Source: Parasynechococcus sp. (GTDB lineage: Bacteria > Cyanobacteriota > Cyanobacteriia > PCC-6307 > Cyanobiaceae). Taken from it: a DNA stretch of 64,000 nucleotides. Under the pieces are notes generated by a model. The model saw only the letters and a list, made by a program, of their open reading frames with translations, made no database searches and was not told where the DNA came from. The position numbers and the translations under genes are program-made. The stretch lies in assembly GCF_042954325.1 (NCBI RefSeq), contig NZ_JBGKDS010000025.1, forward strand, positions 1,255-65,254, read 5' to 3'. This document shows positions 30,460 to 41,280 of the stretch, piece after piece (the first letter of the stretch is position 1; the number at the start of each line of letters is the position of its first letter).

Positions 30460-30848
30460 CGGCAACAGTCACGTTGTTGAGCGATTTCATCGATGGAACC
30501 AGCATGGCGCTGATGGAAGAGACCGACGTTGCCGATCTGAATGCCTACATGACGGCCAGTCAGGGTCGGTTGTGGGCGGATGTACAAGACAAGCGCCGGT
30601 CCCGGGGGATGACATCAAAACGCTGTGGACCCGGGACCCTGTACTTCTGTCGGACGGAGGAAGGTGCCAAAGCCCTTGAGGGTTATCTCGCTGCAGACAC
30701 CGGTTCAGAACAGGAAGAGCACTGGCTTCAGCAGATGAAGGGAGCTGGTGTTGAGATTGCCCCTCACGTCGGGCATCCCAACGAGCGACGTTCCTTACTG
30801 GAGGACGCCTCAAGCCGCAGAACTCCCCCCAAAGGCTTCAGATCTTGA
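30456..30848 (+). CDS. Conserved hypothetical protein
   Basis: ATGA-coupled to the Nif11 gene. 130 aa. Confidence 0.7.
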   Translation: MTATVTLLSDFIDGTSMALMEETDVADLNAYMTASQGRLWADVQDKRRSRGMTSKRCGPGTLYFCRTEEGAKALEGYLAADTGSEQEEHWLQQMKGAGVEIAPHVGHPNERRSLLEDASSRRTPPKGFRS

Positions 30849-30849
30849 C

Positions 30850-30966
30850 TCAGTTCTGCTGAGACGCAAGACGATCGGTTGAGACAAGCCAGGCGATTGA
30901 AATAGCACCGACCAGTGAGGTGAGCCCGGCGGCCAGATTGATGATCAGATCAAGGCTGAAGGTCAT
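30850..30966 (-). CDS. 38-aa hydrophobic microprotein
   Basis: Read by hand: MTFSLDLIINLAAGLTSLVGAISIAWLVSTDRLASQQN*. Starts 5 nt after the upstream stop. Confidence 0.5.
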   Translation of the reverse strand: MTFSLDLIINLAAGLTSLVGAISIAWLVSTDRLASQQN

Positions 30967-30971
30967 AGCTC

Positions 30972-31091
30972 TCAGCGATCACTGGGAAGTGCTGGAAGAT
31001 CGCTCGGTCGGCAAAGCGCAAACACCACAGCAGAGGTGAGAACCAGCGTGACAACGGCGAGGCCGGCAATGGCAGCGGAATAATCAGTCAT
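30972..31091 (-). CDS. 39-aa single-TM microprotein
   Basis: Read by hand: MTDYSAAIAGLAVVTLVLTSAVVFALCRPSDLPALPSDR*. Preceded by SD GGAGGT. Confidence 0.65.
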   Translation of the reverse strand: MTDYSAAIAGLAVVTLVLTSAVVFALCRPSDLPALPSDR

Positions 31092-31149
31092 CACACCTCC
31101 GAAGGACTTCACCAATGTTAACGACTTTATTTCGCTTTGTAAACGACTC

Positions 31150-31359
31150 TCATGTCACGCTGCGTCGTGCTTCCTCCAGCACAGCCAAATAGAGCGCCTC
31201 ATCAATCTCCCGAATGTCGTACTCGCTGGGCCTGACACCGTGATGGTGCTCATGCACCACCATCCAACAGCAACGCTCCAGCTCTCCACGGGCAGTCGCC
31301 AAAAGCCCCAAAGACTTCTCCACAAGCGCTGCCACCACGACGGGATCAGGAGTTGTCAT
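31150..31359 (-). CDS. Conserved hypothetical protein with CCWMVVHEHHHG motif
   Basis: ELERCCWMVVHEHHHGVRPSEYDIREIDE.LYLAVL. Confidence 0.75.
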   Translation of the reverse strand: MTTPDPVVVAALVEKSLGLLATARGELERCCWMVVHEHHHGVRPSEYDIREIDEALYLAVLEEARRSVT

Positions 31360-31501
31360 CGACACCACAGGGATCGGAGAACTCTAAAAACCGAGCCGGT
31401 TGACCGCACGGCGGGGGGCAGACCGAACCATTCGCTTCGGTTGACTTGCCCTGAACCGGCGTCAACAGCCATACGGTTTGGTCAATTGATTTTCCTCTGC
31501 G

Positions 31502-34090
<2,589 letters not shown>

Positions 34091-34113
34091 GGACGATCGA
34101 CCCAACGAAGACT

Positions 34114-34140
34114 GAGCAGAGCCTCGAAAATGCTCTGCTC
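34114..34140. terminator. Hairpin between convergent clpB and the low-GC gene
   Basis: GAGCAGAGC-N9-GCTCTGCTC perfect 9-bp stem. Confidence 0.55.
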
Positions 34141-34188
34141 GGGTTCGTACCGCAGAACAGCCATCAAAGCGTGGGCCCTTGAATCGCC

Positions 34189-34929
34189 CTAGAGCTTCAT
34201 CGCTAAAACGTCGAGCTGGGACCCTTGTTTGCAGACCTTGCGGGTGTTCTGTCGATCTGAGCCGACAATTTTTGACCAATTCCCCCTCAGGCGACCTTGC
34301 TGATAAGACGCTCGGGTCATGTCTTTACAGTCGCGAACTTCAACAGTTTTGATCGAGCGGGGTCCTCCGGGGATCCCTGGCGTACCCGCCACCCAAATCT
34401 GCTGAGCAGATGATGTCGTACAACTCTGCCCCGTAGGATTTTGCCTCCAAATTCCATTCACCCATTTCCCACCGCCATACGTGGGAGTACATGTTGTTTT
34501 AGCCGGCGAAATCTCTCTGTAGTAACCAGGCTTTGCCGCCACAGGTTGTTGATAGTAATGCAGGACAGTTTCGATCGCTACATAGCGACTTGGCTGACCC
34601 TTATGTGGAACACGCTTGCTCTGTGGCGCCCAGTAAAACACAGTGTTATCAGCAGGTTTATACCGATAGAACCAACCGACCACTTTGGGCAGTCCAAGCT
34701 GATCATTGCCAGGCTTCGCAACACACACACCTTTGGAATCACACTCTTCACCCGCCTGTGACCCCCCAACGCTCCCCGCGGGAATGGTGCTTGTATTCGC
34801 CCGAATACATCCGGAATAATCTGCCGCCGCGAGACAACGCTCGTGCATCTCTTGATCAACACCCTGTGCCATCAGCACAGGCAAGCCAACGACGAATGGA
34901 ACAAAAGAGAACAGACGAAATCCAGACAT
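34189..34929 (-). CDS. Secreted Cys-containing hypothetical protein, low GC
   Basis: Signal-like N-terminus then HERCLAAADYSGCI. Six or more Cys. Hand-counted rows are 47-50% GC. Confidence 0.7.
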   Translation of the reverse strand: MSGFRLFSFVPFVVGLPVLMAQGVDQEMHERCLAAADYSGCIRANTSTIPAGSVGGSQAGEECDSKGVCVAKPGNDQLGLPKVVGWFYRYKPADNTVFYWAPQSKRVPHKGQPSRYVAIETVLHYYQQPVAAKPGYYREISPAKTTCTPTYGGGKWVNGIWRQNPTGQSCTTSSAQQIWVAGTPGIPGGPRSIKTVEVRDCKDMTRASYQQGRLRGNWSKIVGSDRQNTRKVCKQGSQLDVLAMKL

Positions 34930-35156
34930 AATCACATCACCAGATACATTCAACTTAGCCCAAACTCTGAATGGTGACAAAAGCCAGATGTGACTGACCG
35001 GAAACATTTAAAACAGCCCAACCGGTCCAGCAAGAAACACACCGGCCCTGGGAATAGTCTTCGGCAGAGATCAACTTGATCTCGCACCACATCCATGTGC
35101 CCTGGTTCAACAATTCAGCCCACCAGACTCAGGCTTCCGCACAACACGAACGGCGT

Positions 35157-35801
35157 TCACTCCGTTGAGGGCCTCCAGAAGTGTTCCGCCAACAGCAGCA
35201 GACCCACCGCAACCATGTGATCAACAATCACAAGCCCGACACGGTCGGTGCCATGGAGACCGAAGGCAATCGCCATGGCGGGGTTGTAGATGCCGGACTG
35301 GGTCAGACCGCCCAACAACACCAGCAGGCTCAGACCAGCCCCGATCACCAGACCTGCCATCGGTTGAGCAACCGGGCAAATCTTGCCTTCATTGCTCCAA
35401 CGCAGAATCAAAGCGAACAACACCACAGTGAAGATCAGCTCGGAGGTCAATCCTCCGAGCTGGACAGCGTCCGGTGCCATGCCCGGTGGATTGAAGCCGA
35501 GGCCGATTGAGGCTCCCAGAATCTGTGCCGATCCATAGGCCCCAATCTCGACCAGTCCGGCTCTGGTGGTGAAGGCCTTCACCCCGAATCGTTGATGGTT
35601 GAGCAGCAGCGTTACTGCAGGGTTGAAATGGGCGCCACTGAAACGGCCCAGCAAATGGATCAAGAGGGCGAGACAGAGGCCAATGGAAACCGCTTGTTCA
35701 AAGCCGTTGAACTCAGTGCTGCTGAGCCGACCGACCGTGAAGGCCAAGAATCCCGTCCCGAAGGCCTCAAGGAGAGTTCTTTTCCAGAGCGGGATCACCA
35801 T
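35157..35801 (-). CDS. MIP/aquaporin family channel
   Basis: LLEAFGT, SGAHFNPAVT, SELIFT, GIYNPAM. Confidence 0.88.
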   Translation of the reverse strand: MVIPLWKRTLLEAFGTGFLAFTVGRLSSTEFNGFEQAVSIGLCLALLIHLLGRFSGAHFNPAVTLLLNHQRFGVKAFTTRAGLVEIGAYGSAQILGASIGLGFNPPGMAPDAVQLGGLTSELIFTVVLFALILRWSNEGKICPVAQPMAGLVIGAGLSLLVLLGGLTQSGIYNPAMAIAFGLHGTDRVGLVIVDHMVAVGLLLLAEHFWRPSTE

Positions 35802-35812
35802 TGATTCAGCCG

Positions 35813-36442
35813 TCAGGGAATCAGAATCGACCACGCGAAGGCGGAACCGATCCCGATCCAAACCGCTGCCAAAAGCTGACGGTTGTGTTCACCGATCCAG
35901 CTCTGAAGCCCGCGGGAGATCGAGACCGCCGTCAGCAGGACGGCCCCCTGGGACAGCAGAAGGCCAAGCCCATAACCGAGCAGCGGAGTGGGCTCAGCAC
36001 CAACGATGGTGCCCCCGAGCAGATAACCGTGCAGAGCGATTGCTGGGAGCAGGCTGATGACGGGCAGCTTCTCGAGAATCACAAGACCCTCCAGGACCAA
36101 TGTCAGGGACACGGCCGCTTCGGCCCAAGGAGTCAACGACTCGGCGAGGGGAACAACCTGTGCGATGCCGCTGCCAAGCAAACCAACGGCCAGCAGCATC
36201 AGCATCCAACGCCGTGGCTGGGCCCAGCCCACGAGCGCAACAGCCACAAGAAACAACAGGTGGTCCGGTCCAAGCAGCGGGTGACCAATCCCACTGATCA
36301 AGCCCTGCGTCAGCGACAGCTGACCACCCTCAGGCATGCCGAATGGGTGATGAGCCAATGCTGGAGATGCAGCCAAAGCGAGGGTCAGACCCGCCAGCAT
36401 CACTGAGCGGGCCGGTCGAAACAGTTGGCGTGAAATAGTCAA
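35813..36442 (-). CDS. HupE/UreJ family Ni/Co transporter
   Basis: Signal peptide then AHHPFG, GHPLLGPDHLLF, EAAVSLTL, LHGY. TTG 36442 after GAGGA (ATG 36400 is an alternative). Confidence 0.9.
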   Translation of the reverse strand: MTISRQLFRPARSVMLAGLTLALAASPALAHHPFGMPEGGQLSLTQGLISGIGHPLLGPDHLLFLVAVALVGWAQPRRWMLMLLAVGLLGSGIAQVVPLAESLTPWAEAAVSLTLVLEGLVILEKLPVISLLPAIALHGYLLGGTIVGAEPTPLLGYGLGLLLSQGAVLLTAVSISRGLQSWIGEHNRQLLAAVWIGIGSAFAWSILIP

Positions 36443-36463
36443 AAATCGATCCTCGTCGAACAA

Positions 36464-36597
36464 ACTCGGCGGGCGTTCTGACTGACGATCAACCCGAAAC
36501 GTCCGGTTTGAATCGCTTTACAGCTGCGGGACAGTGCCGGACTTTCACCGAACTTTCCCCGTTTCCTCCAGCAGCTGATCACCACTGGAACCGAGCA
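36464..36597 (-). ncRNA. Cobalamin riboswitch
   Basis: Minus strand: CUCGGUUCC...GGGAAAGUUCGGUGAAAGUCCGGCACUGUCCCGCAGCUGUAA...AGUCAGAACGCCCGCCGAG. B12-box elements present, P1 CUCGG/CCGAG, directly upstream of hupE/ureJ. Confidence 0.92.
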
Positions 36598-36602
36598 CTT
36601 AG

Positions 36603-37088
36603 TTATAGCGAAGCCTGCTTGGCACCAAACCAATCGGGAACCTGCTCATAACGCGCAGCATTGCGGCTGTTTTCGCGGGCCTCCACCGACCAGCAGCAGC
36701 ACCGCCCCCCATCACGCTCCAACAGCAACGCATTCGACCAGGCCCACACCAACTGAGCGGACGCCTCCATGCCGACGTTCTCCATCACCCTGAGATCCAA
36801 GGCTCCGAGCGCATCCAGGCGCTCCCACTCCGCCAAGAGCGGGTCATCGGCATTGACCAAAAACGTGTGATCAAATTGAGCACGGAGCTGTTGCTCAAGG
36901 GGACGCAGGCCGGAGAAATCCACGACAAAACCGCAGCCATCCAGCTCCGTCGCCATGAAATGCACCGTGAACGATCGCTCATAGCCGTGCACAAACCGGC
37001 AATGTCCGGGATGTCGCCATTGGCGATGGCAGCAGGGATAGCCCTCGAAGTGCTTGCTGCAGGTGTGTCCAGTGGGCGGGTCAATCAC
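36603..37088 (-). CDS. queD: 6-carboxytetrahydropterin synthase (QueD/PTPS family)
   Basis: [30 protein letters not shown] start estimated. Confidence 0.85.
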   Translation of the reverse strand: MIDPPTGHTCSKHFEGYPCCHRQWRHPGHCRFVHGYERSFTVHFMATELDGCGFVVDFSGLRPLEQQLRAQFDHTFLVNADDPLLAEWERLDALGALDLRVMENVGMEASAQLVWAWSNALLLERDGGRCCCWSVEARENSRNAARYEQVPDWFGAKQASL

Positions 37089-37190
37089 AGTGAAAGCGCG
37101 ACGGTGGATGCAAAGGACACGGGGGAAGGACACGGTGGGCGGAGCACGCTGGGGGAGGATCAGGTCTGCGCCTGTGTGCCCCAAGGCCTG

Positions 37191-37859
37191 ATGCAGCCCC
37201 TGAGTCCCGCCTTCATCGATCAACTCCGTTTTAACGAAGCAGGCCTAATTCCAGCCGTCGCACAGGACTGGCTGGATGGAGCCGTCCTGATGGTGGCGTG
37301 GATGAACCGAGAATCGATCGCAACCACCCTGGACTCTGGGGAAGCGCACTACTGGAGTCGATCACGCCAGGAGCTCTGGCACAAGGGCGCGACCAGCGGC
37401 CATCGACAGATCGTTCGCGGTGTTCGCTACGACTGCGATGCGGATGTGCTGCTGCTCAGCATCGAACAGACGGGTGATGTGGCCTGTCATACCGGAGCCC
37501 GCAGTTGCTTCTATGAAGACGGTGATGCACGCACCTCTGGAGGTCCCACAGCCCTCCAACCACCCACAGATGCCTGCACCGAACTCTCCAGGGTGATCGA
37601 ACGACGTCGCGATCACCCAGAACCGGGCAGCTACACCAACAAGCTGCTCGACGGCGGCGACAACAGCATCCTCAAAAAAATCGGAGAGGAAGGCGCCGAA
37701 TTCGTGATGGCCTGCAAAGACGACAACGCCGAGGAGATTGCCGGAGAAGCAGCGGATCTGATTTTCCACATGCAGGTCGCCCTCGCTCACCATGGGGTGA
37801 GTTGGCGACAGGTTCAGTCCGTGTTGGCCGCCCGACGTGGCGCACCAAGACGCGGCTGA
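37191..37859 (+). CDS. hisIE: Bifunctional phosphoribosyl-AMP cyclohydrolase / phosphoribosyl-ATP pyrophosphatase
   Basis: [43 protein letters not shown]. Confidence 0.96.
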   Translation: MQPLSPAFIDQLRFNEAGLIPAVAQDWLDGAVLMVAWMNRESIATTLDSGEAHYWSRSRQELWHKGATSGHRQIVRGVRYDCDADVLLLSIEQTGDVACHTGARSCFYEDGDARTSGGPTALQPPTDACTELSRVIERRRDHPEPGSYTNKLLDGGDNSILKKIGEEGAEFVMACKDDNAEEIAGEAADLIFHMQVALAHHGVSWRQVQSVLAARRGAPRRG

Positions 37860-38512
37860 GCGGGATCATCGGTTGGTTCAGCCAGATCACCGAACTGACT
37901 GGGTTGGGAGCGGATCCAGTCCAGGGTGGTCCGATCGGACACCGATGGGGTGAGCACCGGATCGCCCGTCTGGAACGGAGCCAGTGCATCTCCGTTGTTT
38001 GGACTGTGTCCCCAGAGACCAATGGCGTGCCCCAATTCATGGAGCGCTGTCGATTGCAAGGCTGTTGGCCTCTGGCCAGGCGAGATCAACACCTCGATGA
38101 AGGGCTCACGACGCAGACGCCCCGCCCGAGTGAGCTCCCGAATACTGAAATGGCTGCGCCCATTACTGGCGCGCCAGCCGGATGGCGTCTGACGCCGTGG
38201 GGGACGTCGGCGCCGGACAACGATCTGCGCCCTGGACGGATCATCGACACGCTGAATTGGAAGCAAGGATGACCAACTGGTGAGAGCGGCCTCAACCGCG
38301 AGCGACCAACGCTGGCTCCAACGGTCGGGAGGCGAGGGCAGGGGCTCGATCCACAGGCACCAATGCGATAAGGACGGGGCACCGAACGCAGTTGTGGCCA
38401 GACGACCGGAATACCCCGGACCAGCGTCTGCCGGTGCAGATCGTGATGGCCGCTGCAATCCGGTGGACTCGACCACACGAATGTCAGCGGCCGGGGGGCA
38501 GGGAAGCTCCAC
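37814..38512 (-). CDS. Matrixin-like zinc metallopeptidase
   Basis: [15 protein letters not shown] (HExxHxxGxxH). GTG start estimated. Confidence 0.82.
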   Translation of the reverse strand: MELPCPPAADIRVVESTGLQRPSRSAPADAGPGYSGRLATTAFGAPSLSHWCLWIEPLPSPPDRWSQRWSLAVEAALTSWSSLLPIQRVDDPSRAQIVVRRRRPPRRQTPSGWRASNGRSHFSIRELTRAGRLRREPFIEVLISPGQRPTALQSTALHELGHAIGLWGHSPNNGDALAPFQTGDPVLTPSVSDRTTLDWIRSQPSQFGDLAEPTDDPAQPRLGAPRRAANTD

Positions 38513-38514
38513 GC

Positions 38515-39006
38515 TCAGGCAGCCGGCAGGCCGACACCCCGGGCCATGAGTGTCGCCAGCAGGGGAATGGAGGCGAAGCCGACAAGTTCGACATTGATGA
38601 TCCACGCCAAACGGCTGGCCAACCCCTCGCTGACCTGTGGCAACTCACCTTTACGCAGGGGAATGGCCCAAAGGATGTAGGTGATCGTGGGGTAAAGAGA
38701 GAGACCCCCCACGGAGAGGTAGAGGCCAACCTTCCACCAGAACAGAGGGTTTTGGGTGTAGAACTCTGACCCTTGGCCGAAGTGGATCACGCGGAAGATG
38801 CCGCTGACCAACAACGCCAGTGCTGCAATGCCATAAACGATGTCGGTGATCACCATCGCCGTGGCTTCGCCGCGATCGGGGTTGGGCTTGATCAACCGAC
38901 GCTCCACCACCAGCGCTGCGAAACAGAGCATGAAGCTGACGTAATGAACGTATGCAACGCCAGCGCTTTTGGCGATGTCTGTGGTGAGCGCAACCGCCAA
39001 CGGCAT
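38515..39006 (-). CDS. DUF2214 family membrane protein
   Basis: AYVHYVSFM, TDIVYG, NPLFWWKVGLY, LSLYPT, LMARGVG. Confidence 0.88.
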   Translation of the reverse strand: MPLAVALTTDIAKSAGVAYVHYVSFMLCFAALVVERRLIKPNPDRGEATAMVITDIVYGIAALALLVSGIFRVIHFGQGSEFYTQNPLFWWKVGLYLSVGGLSLYPTITYILWAIPLRKGELPQVSEGLASRLAWIINVELVGFASIPLLATLMARGVGLPAA

Positions 39007-39184
39007 GACCGAAAACCAAGTGAAGGCCGTGACCCTAGCGGCTGGGTGGCCACAACTCAAACAAAACTCTCAAGGTTCAGGAAGAAAATATTAATCATGC
39101 ACTAAAAATAAATTCCGCAGTCTTTATTACACCCCTAGGAAGAAAACACTTTGGTTCTAGCTTCAAAAGAGCGAATCAATTCTG

Positions 39185-40114
39185 ATGGTGAGCTCTCTGA
39201 GTGCATTTCTCGGCGAAATTGGCCGCCACCAGCTGCTCACACCTGAGCAGGAATTAATGATGGGAAGGAAAGTGCAGGCCATGGTGGCCATCACCGACCG
39301 CTGCATGCTGGCCGGAGGCAGCGGGCCTGAGTGTATTTATACCGACGAAGAAAAGATCGTGATTCGCCGCGGTGAACGAGCGAAAAATCAGATGATCACC
39401 TCCAATCTCCGACTGGTGGTGAATCTCGCCAAGCGCTACCAGGGCAAAGGACTGGACCTCCTCGACCTGATCCAGGAAGGCACCCTGGGGCTCACCAGGG
39501 CCGTTGAGAAATATGACCCAACGCGAGGCCATCGCTTTTCAACCTATGCCTACTGGTGGATCCGCCAGGGGTTGAACAGGGCACTCTCGACACAGAGCCG
39601 GACCATTCGCATTCCCGTGAATGTGAATGAAAAACTCACCAAACTGCGCGCGGCCAAAGCACGACTCATGCAGCGCAACGGCCTGAGCCCCAGTGCTGAA
39701 CAATTATCGGAACATATGGCCTTGTCCCTCTCCGAAGTGGAGGACTTGCTCGCCTGTGAATTGCGCAGCGTCACCGTCAGCTTGCAGGGCGTCGTCAAGT
39801 CCAAATCAGATCCGAGTGAGCTCGTGGATGTGCTTCCAAGCGATGAACTTCCACCGATGGAACGGGCGGAAATCGCCGAGCGTTCAGCATCGGTCTGGAC
39901 CCTGCTCAACAAAGCGAATCTGACCCCAAAAGAACGCACCGTTGTAACGCTGCGCTTCGGCCTGGATGGCACCAACGAATGGAGAACCCTGGCGGAGGTG
40001 GCCCGGCACATGAACTGTTCTCGTGAATATTGCCGTCAGGTTGTGCAACGGGCACTGCGCAAACTCCGCAAAACTGGGATCCAAAGTGGTTTGGTGGAAT
40101 CCAGTCACGGCTGA
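39185..40114 (+). CDS. Group 2 (RpoD-like) RNA polymerase sigma factor
   Basis: NLRLVVNLAKRY, DLIQEG..GL.RAVEKYDP.RG.RFSTYAYWWIRQ, TLAEV....SREYCRQ. Confidence 0.95.
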   Translation: MVSSLSAFLGEIGRHQLLTPEQELMMGRKVQAMVAITDRCMLAGGSGPECIYTDEEKIVIRRGERAKNQMITSNLRLVVNLAKRYQGKGLDLLDLIQEGTLGLTRAVEKYDPTRGHRFSTYAYWWIRQGLNRALSTQSRTIRIPVNVNEKLTKLRAAKARLMQRNGLSPSAEQLSEHMALSLSEVEDLLACELRSVTVSLQGVVKSKSDPSELVDVLPSDELPPMERAEIAERSASVWTLLNKANLTPKERTVVTLRFGLDGTNEWRTLAEVARHMNCSREYCRQVVQRALRKLRKTGIQSGLVESSHG

Positions 40115-40145
40115 CTGCCACACCACCGCTCGCTTTCTGCTCCGA

Positions 40146-40460
40146 ATGGCCGCCTGGACCCCTGACTTTGAAAACGAACTGACCCAAGTTCTCAAAGATT
40201 GGCTGAAGCAGCAGGGCAAAACCCAAGCCGATCTCCGCCGCAGTCTCAGGGCAGTGTCCACACGGATGCCGTCGTTGCTGGAGGTGTTGGAACACGAGCA
40301 CAAACAGGGGGGCCTGGCCGCTTTGGCCGCACGACTCTGTCGCGTCGAAGCGGAGTGGAGCCAGAGCCCCATGGACGATGCCGCCAAGGGAGAGGCCGTC
40401 GATCCCTTCGGCCAACTGGATCTGCTTCTCAAGGAAATCCGCCAGGACTCTCCCAACTAG
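40146..40460 (+). CDS. Conserved hypothetical protein (possible HTH)
   Basis: LKDWLKQQGKTQADLRRSL...DPFGQLDLLL. Confidence 0.7.
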   Translation: MAAWTPDFENELTQVLKDWLKQQGKTQADLRRSLRAVSTRMPSLLEVLEHEHKQGGLAALAARLCRVEAEWSQSPMDDAAKGEAVDPFGQLDLLLKEIRQDSPN

Positions 40461-40501
40461 GGCCCATCAGAGGCAAAGTGGGACGACCTCACTGAGAGTG
40501 C

Positions 40502-40750
40502 ATGAATCCGGTCAAGCTGCTTCCCGGCCTTGGAGTGCTGCTGGGACTATCCGCCGGCATGCCAACCGCCGCCCTTGCCCAAAGTGAAGGCTGGATGCTC
40601 GGACCCGGTAGTCGTGTCGATCAATCCAGTGAAGTGGTCCCCACCAACTGCAGCACCGCGTCCGATGGGAGCATCACCTGCGATACGGAGCTGAAACCAC
40701 GAACGACCGGTACACCTGCTCGTCCGTACTACAACCCCTTCAACGACTAA
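40502..40750 (+). CDS. Small secreted hypothetical protein
   Basis: Signal peptide (AALA|Q) and TNC...DGSITCDT Cys pair. Confidence 0.72.
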   Translation: MNPVKLLPGLGVLLGLSAGMPTAALAQSEGWMLGPGSRVDQSSEVVPTNCSTASDGSITCDTELKPRTTGTPARPYYNPFND

Positions 40751-40755
40751 CTCCG

Positions 40756-41280
40756 GTGAATCGCAAAAAGCCAAAAGGAGCCAACAGATTCCTGCGACTC
40801 GTGGATGGTGGCGAACGCGAGGTTGCGCGAATCCTCACCCTGATTACGGCGGTGGTGATCTCCGCAGCCTTGATTCAGCTGGTGATCTCTTTGGGGTCGA
40901 AGTTATTAACAGGATCAGAGGCCACCTGGTTAGGGGATGACCTGATCAAGGTCCTAGGTGATCTGCTCACGGTGCTGATCGCCCTGGAAGTGCTCCAGAA
41001 CATCACCAGCTATCTTCGCCGCCACGTGGTGCAGATCGAACTGGTTCTGGTCACGGCACTGACCGCAGTGGCCCGAAAGGTGATCGTGCTGCCCTCCGGC
41101 GCCGAAAACAAACCGCAACTCCTGGTTGGTCTCGGCATTGCCGTGGTGTCCTTGTCAGCGGCCTACTGGCTGGTCAAACGAGCCAATGCAACGCCAACCA
41201 GAGTGTCCCTGGGTCTGGATCGGTCCGGACCACACGATGCAATCGATGGGGCTGCAAGTGAAGATGATCTCCGACACTGA
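40756..41280 (+). CDS. PsiE family membrane protein
   Basis: GDLLTVLIALEVLQNITSYL...VLVTALTAVARKVI. Confidence 0.85.
   Translation: MNRKKPKGANRFLRLVDGGEREVARILTLITAVVISAALIQLVISLGSKLLTGSEATWLGDDLIKVLGDLLTVLIALEVLQNITSYLRRHVVQIELVLVTALTAVARKVIVLPSGAENKPQLLVGLGIAVVSLSAAYWLVKRANATPTRVSLGLDRSGPHDAIDGAASEDDLRH

Noticed and set aside
31373-31501. CIRCE box, SRP RNA, 6S RNA or tmRNA upstream of clpB
   Set aside because: TTAGCACTC-N9-GAGTGCTAA and the SRP helix-8 motif are absent, and the length and structure do not fit 6S or tmRNA.
34948-35096. 48-aa Cys-containing minus-strand ORF upstream of the low-GC gene
   Set aside because: No SD or motif, and it overlaps likely promoter and palindrome sequence. 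It cannot be distinguished from chance.
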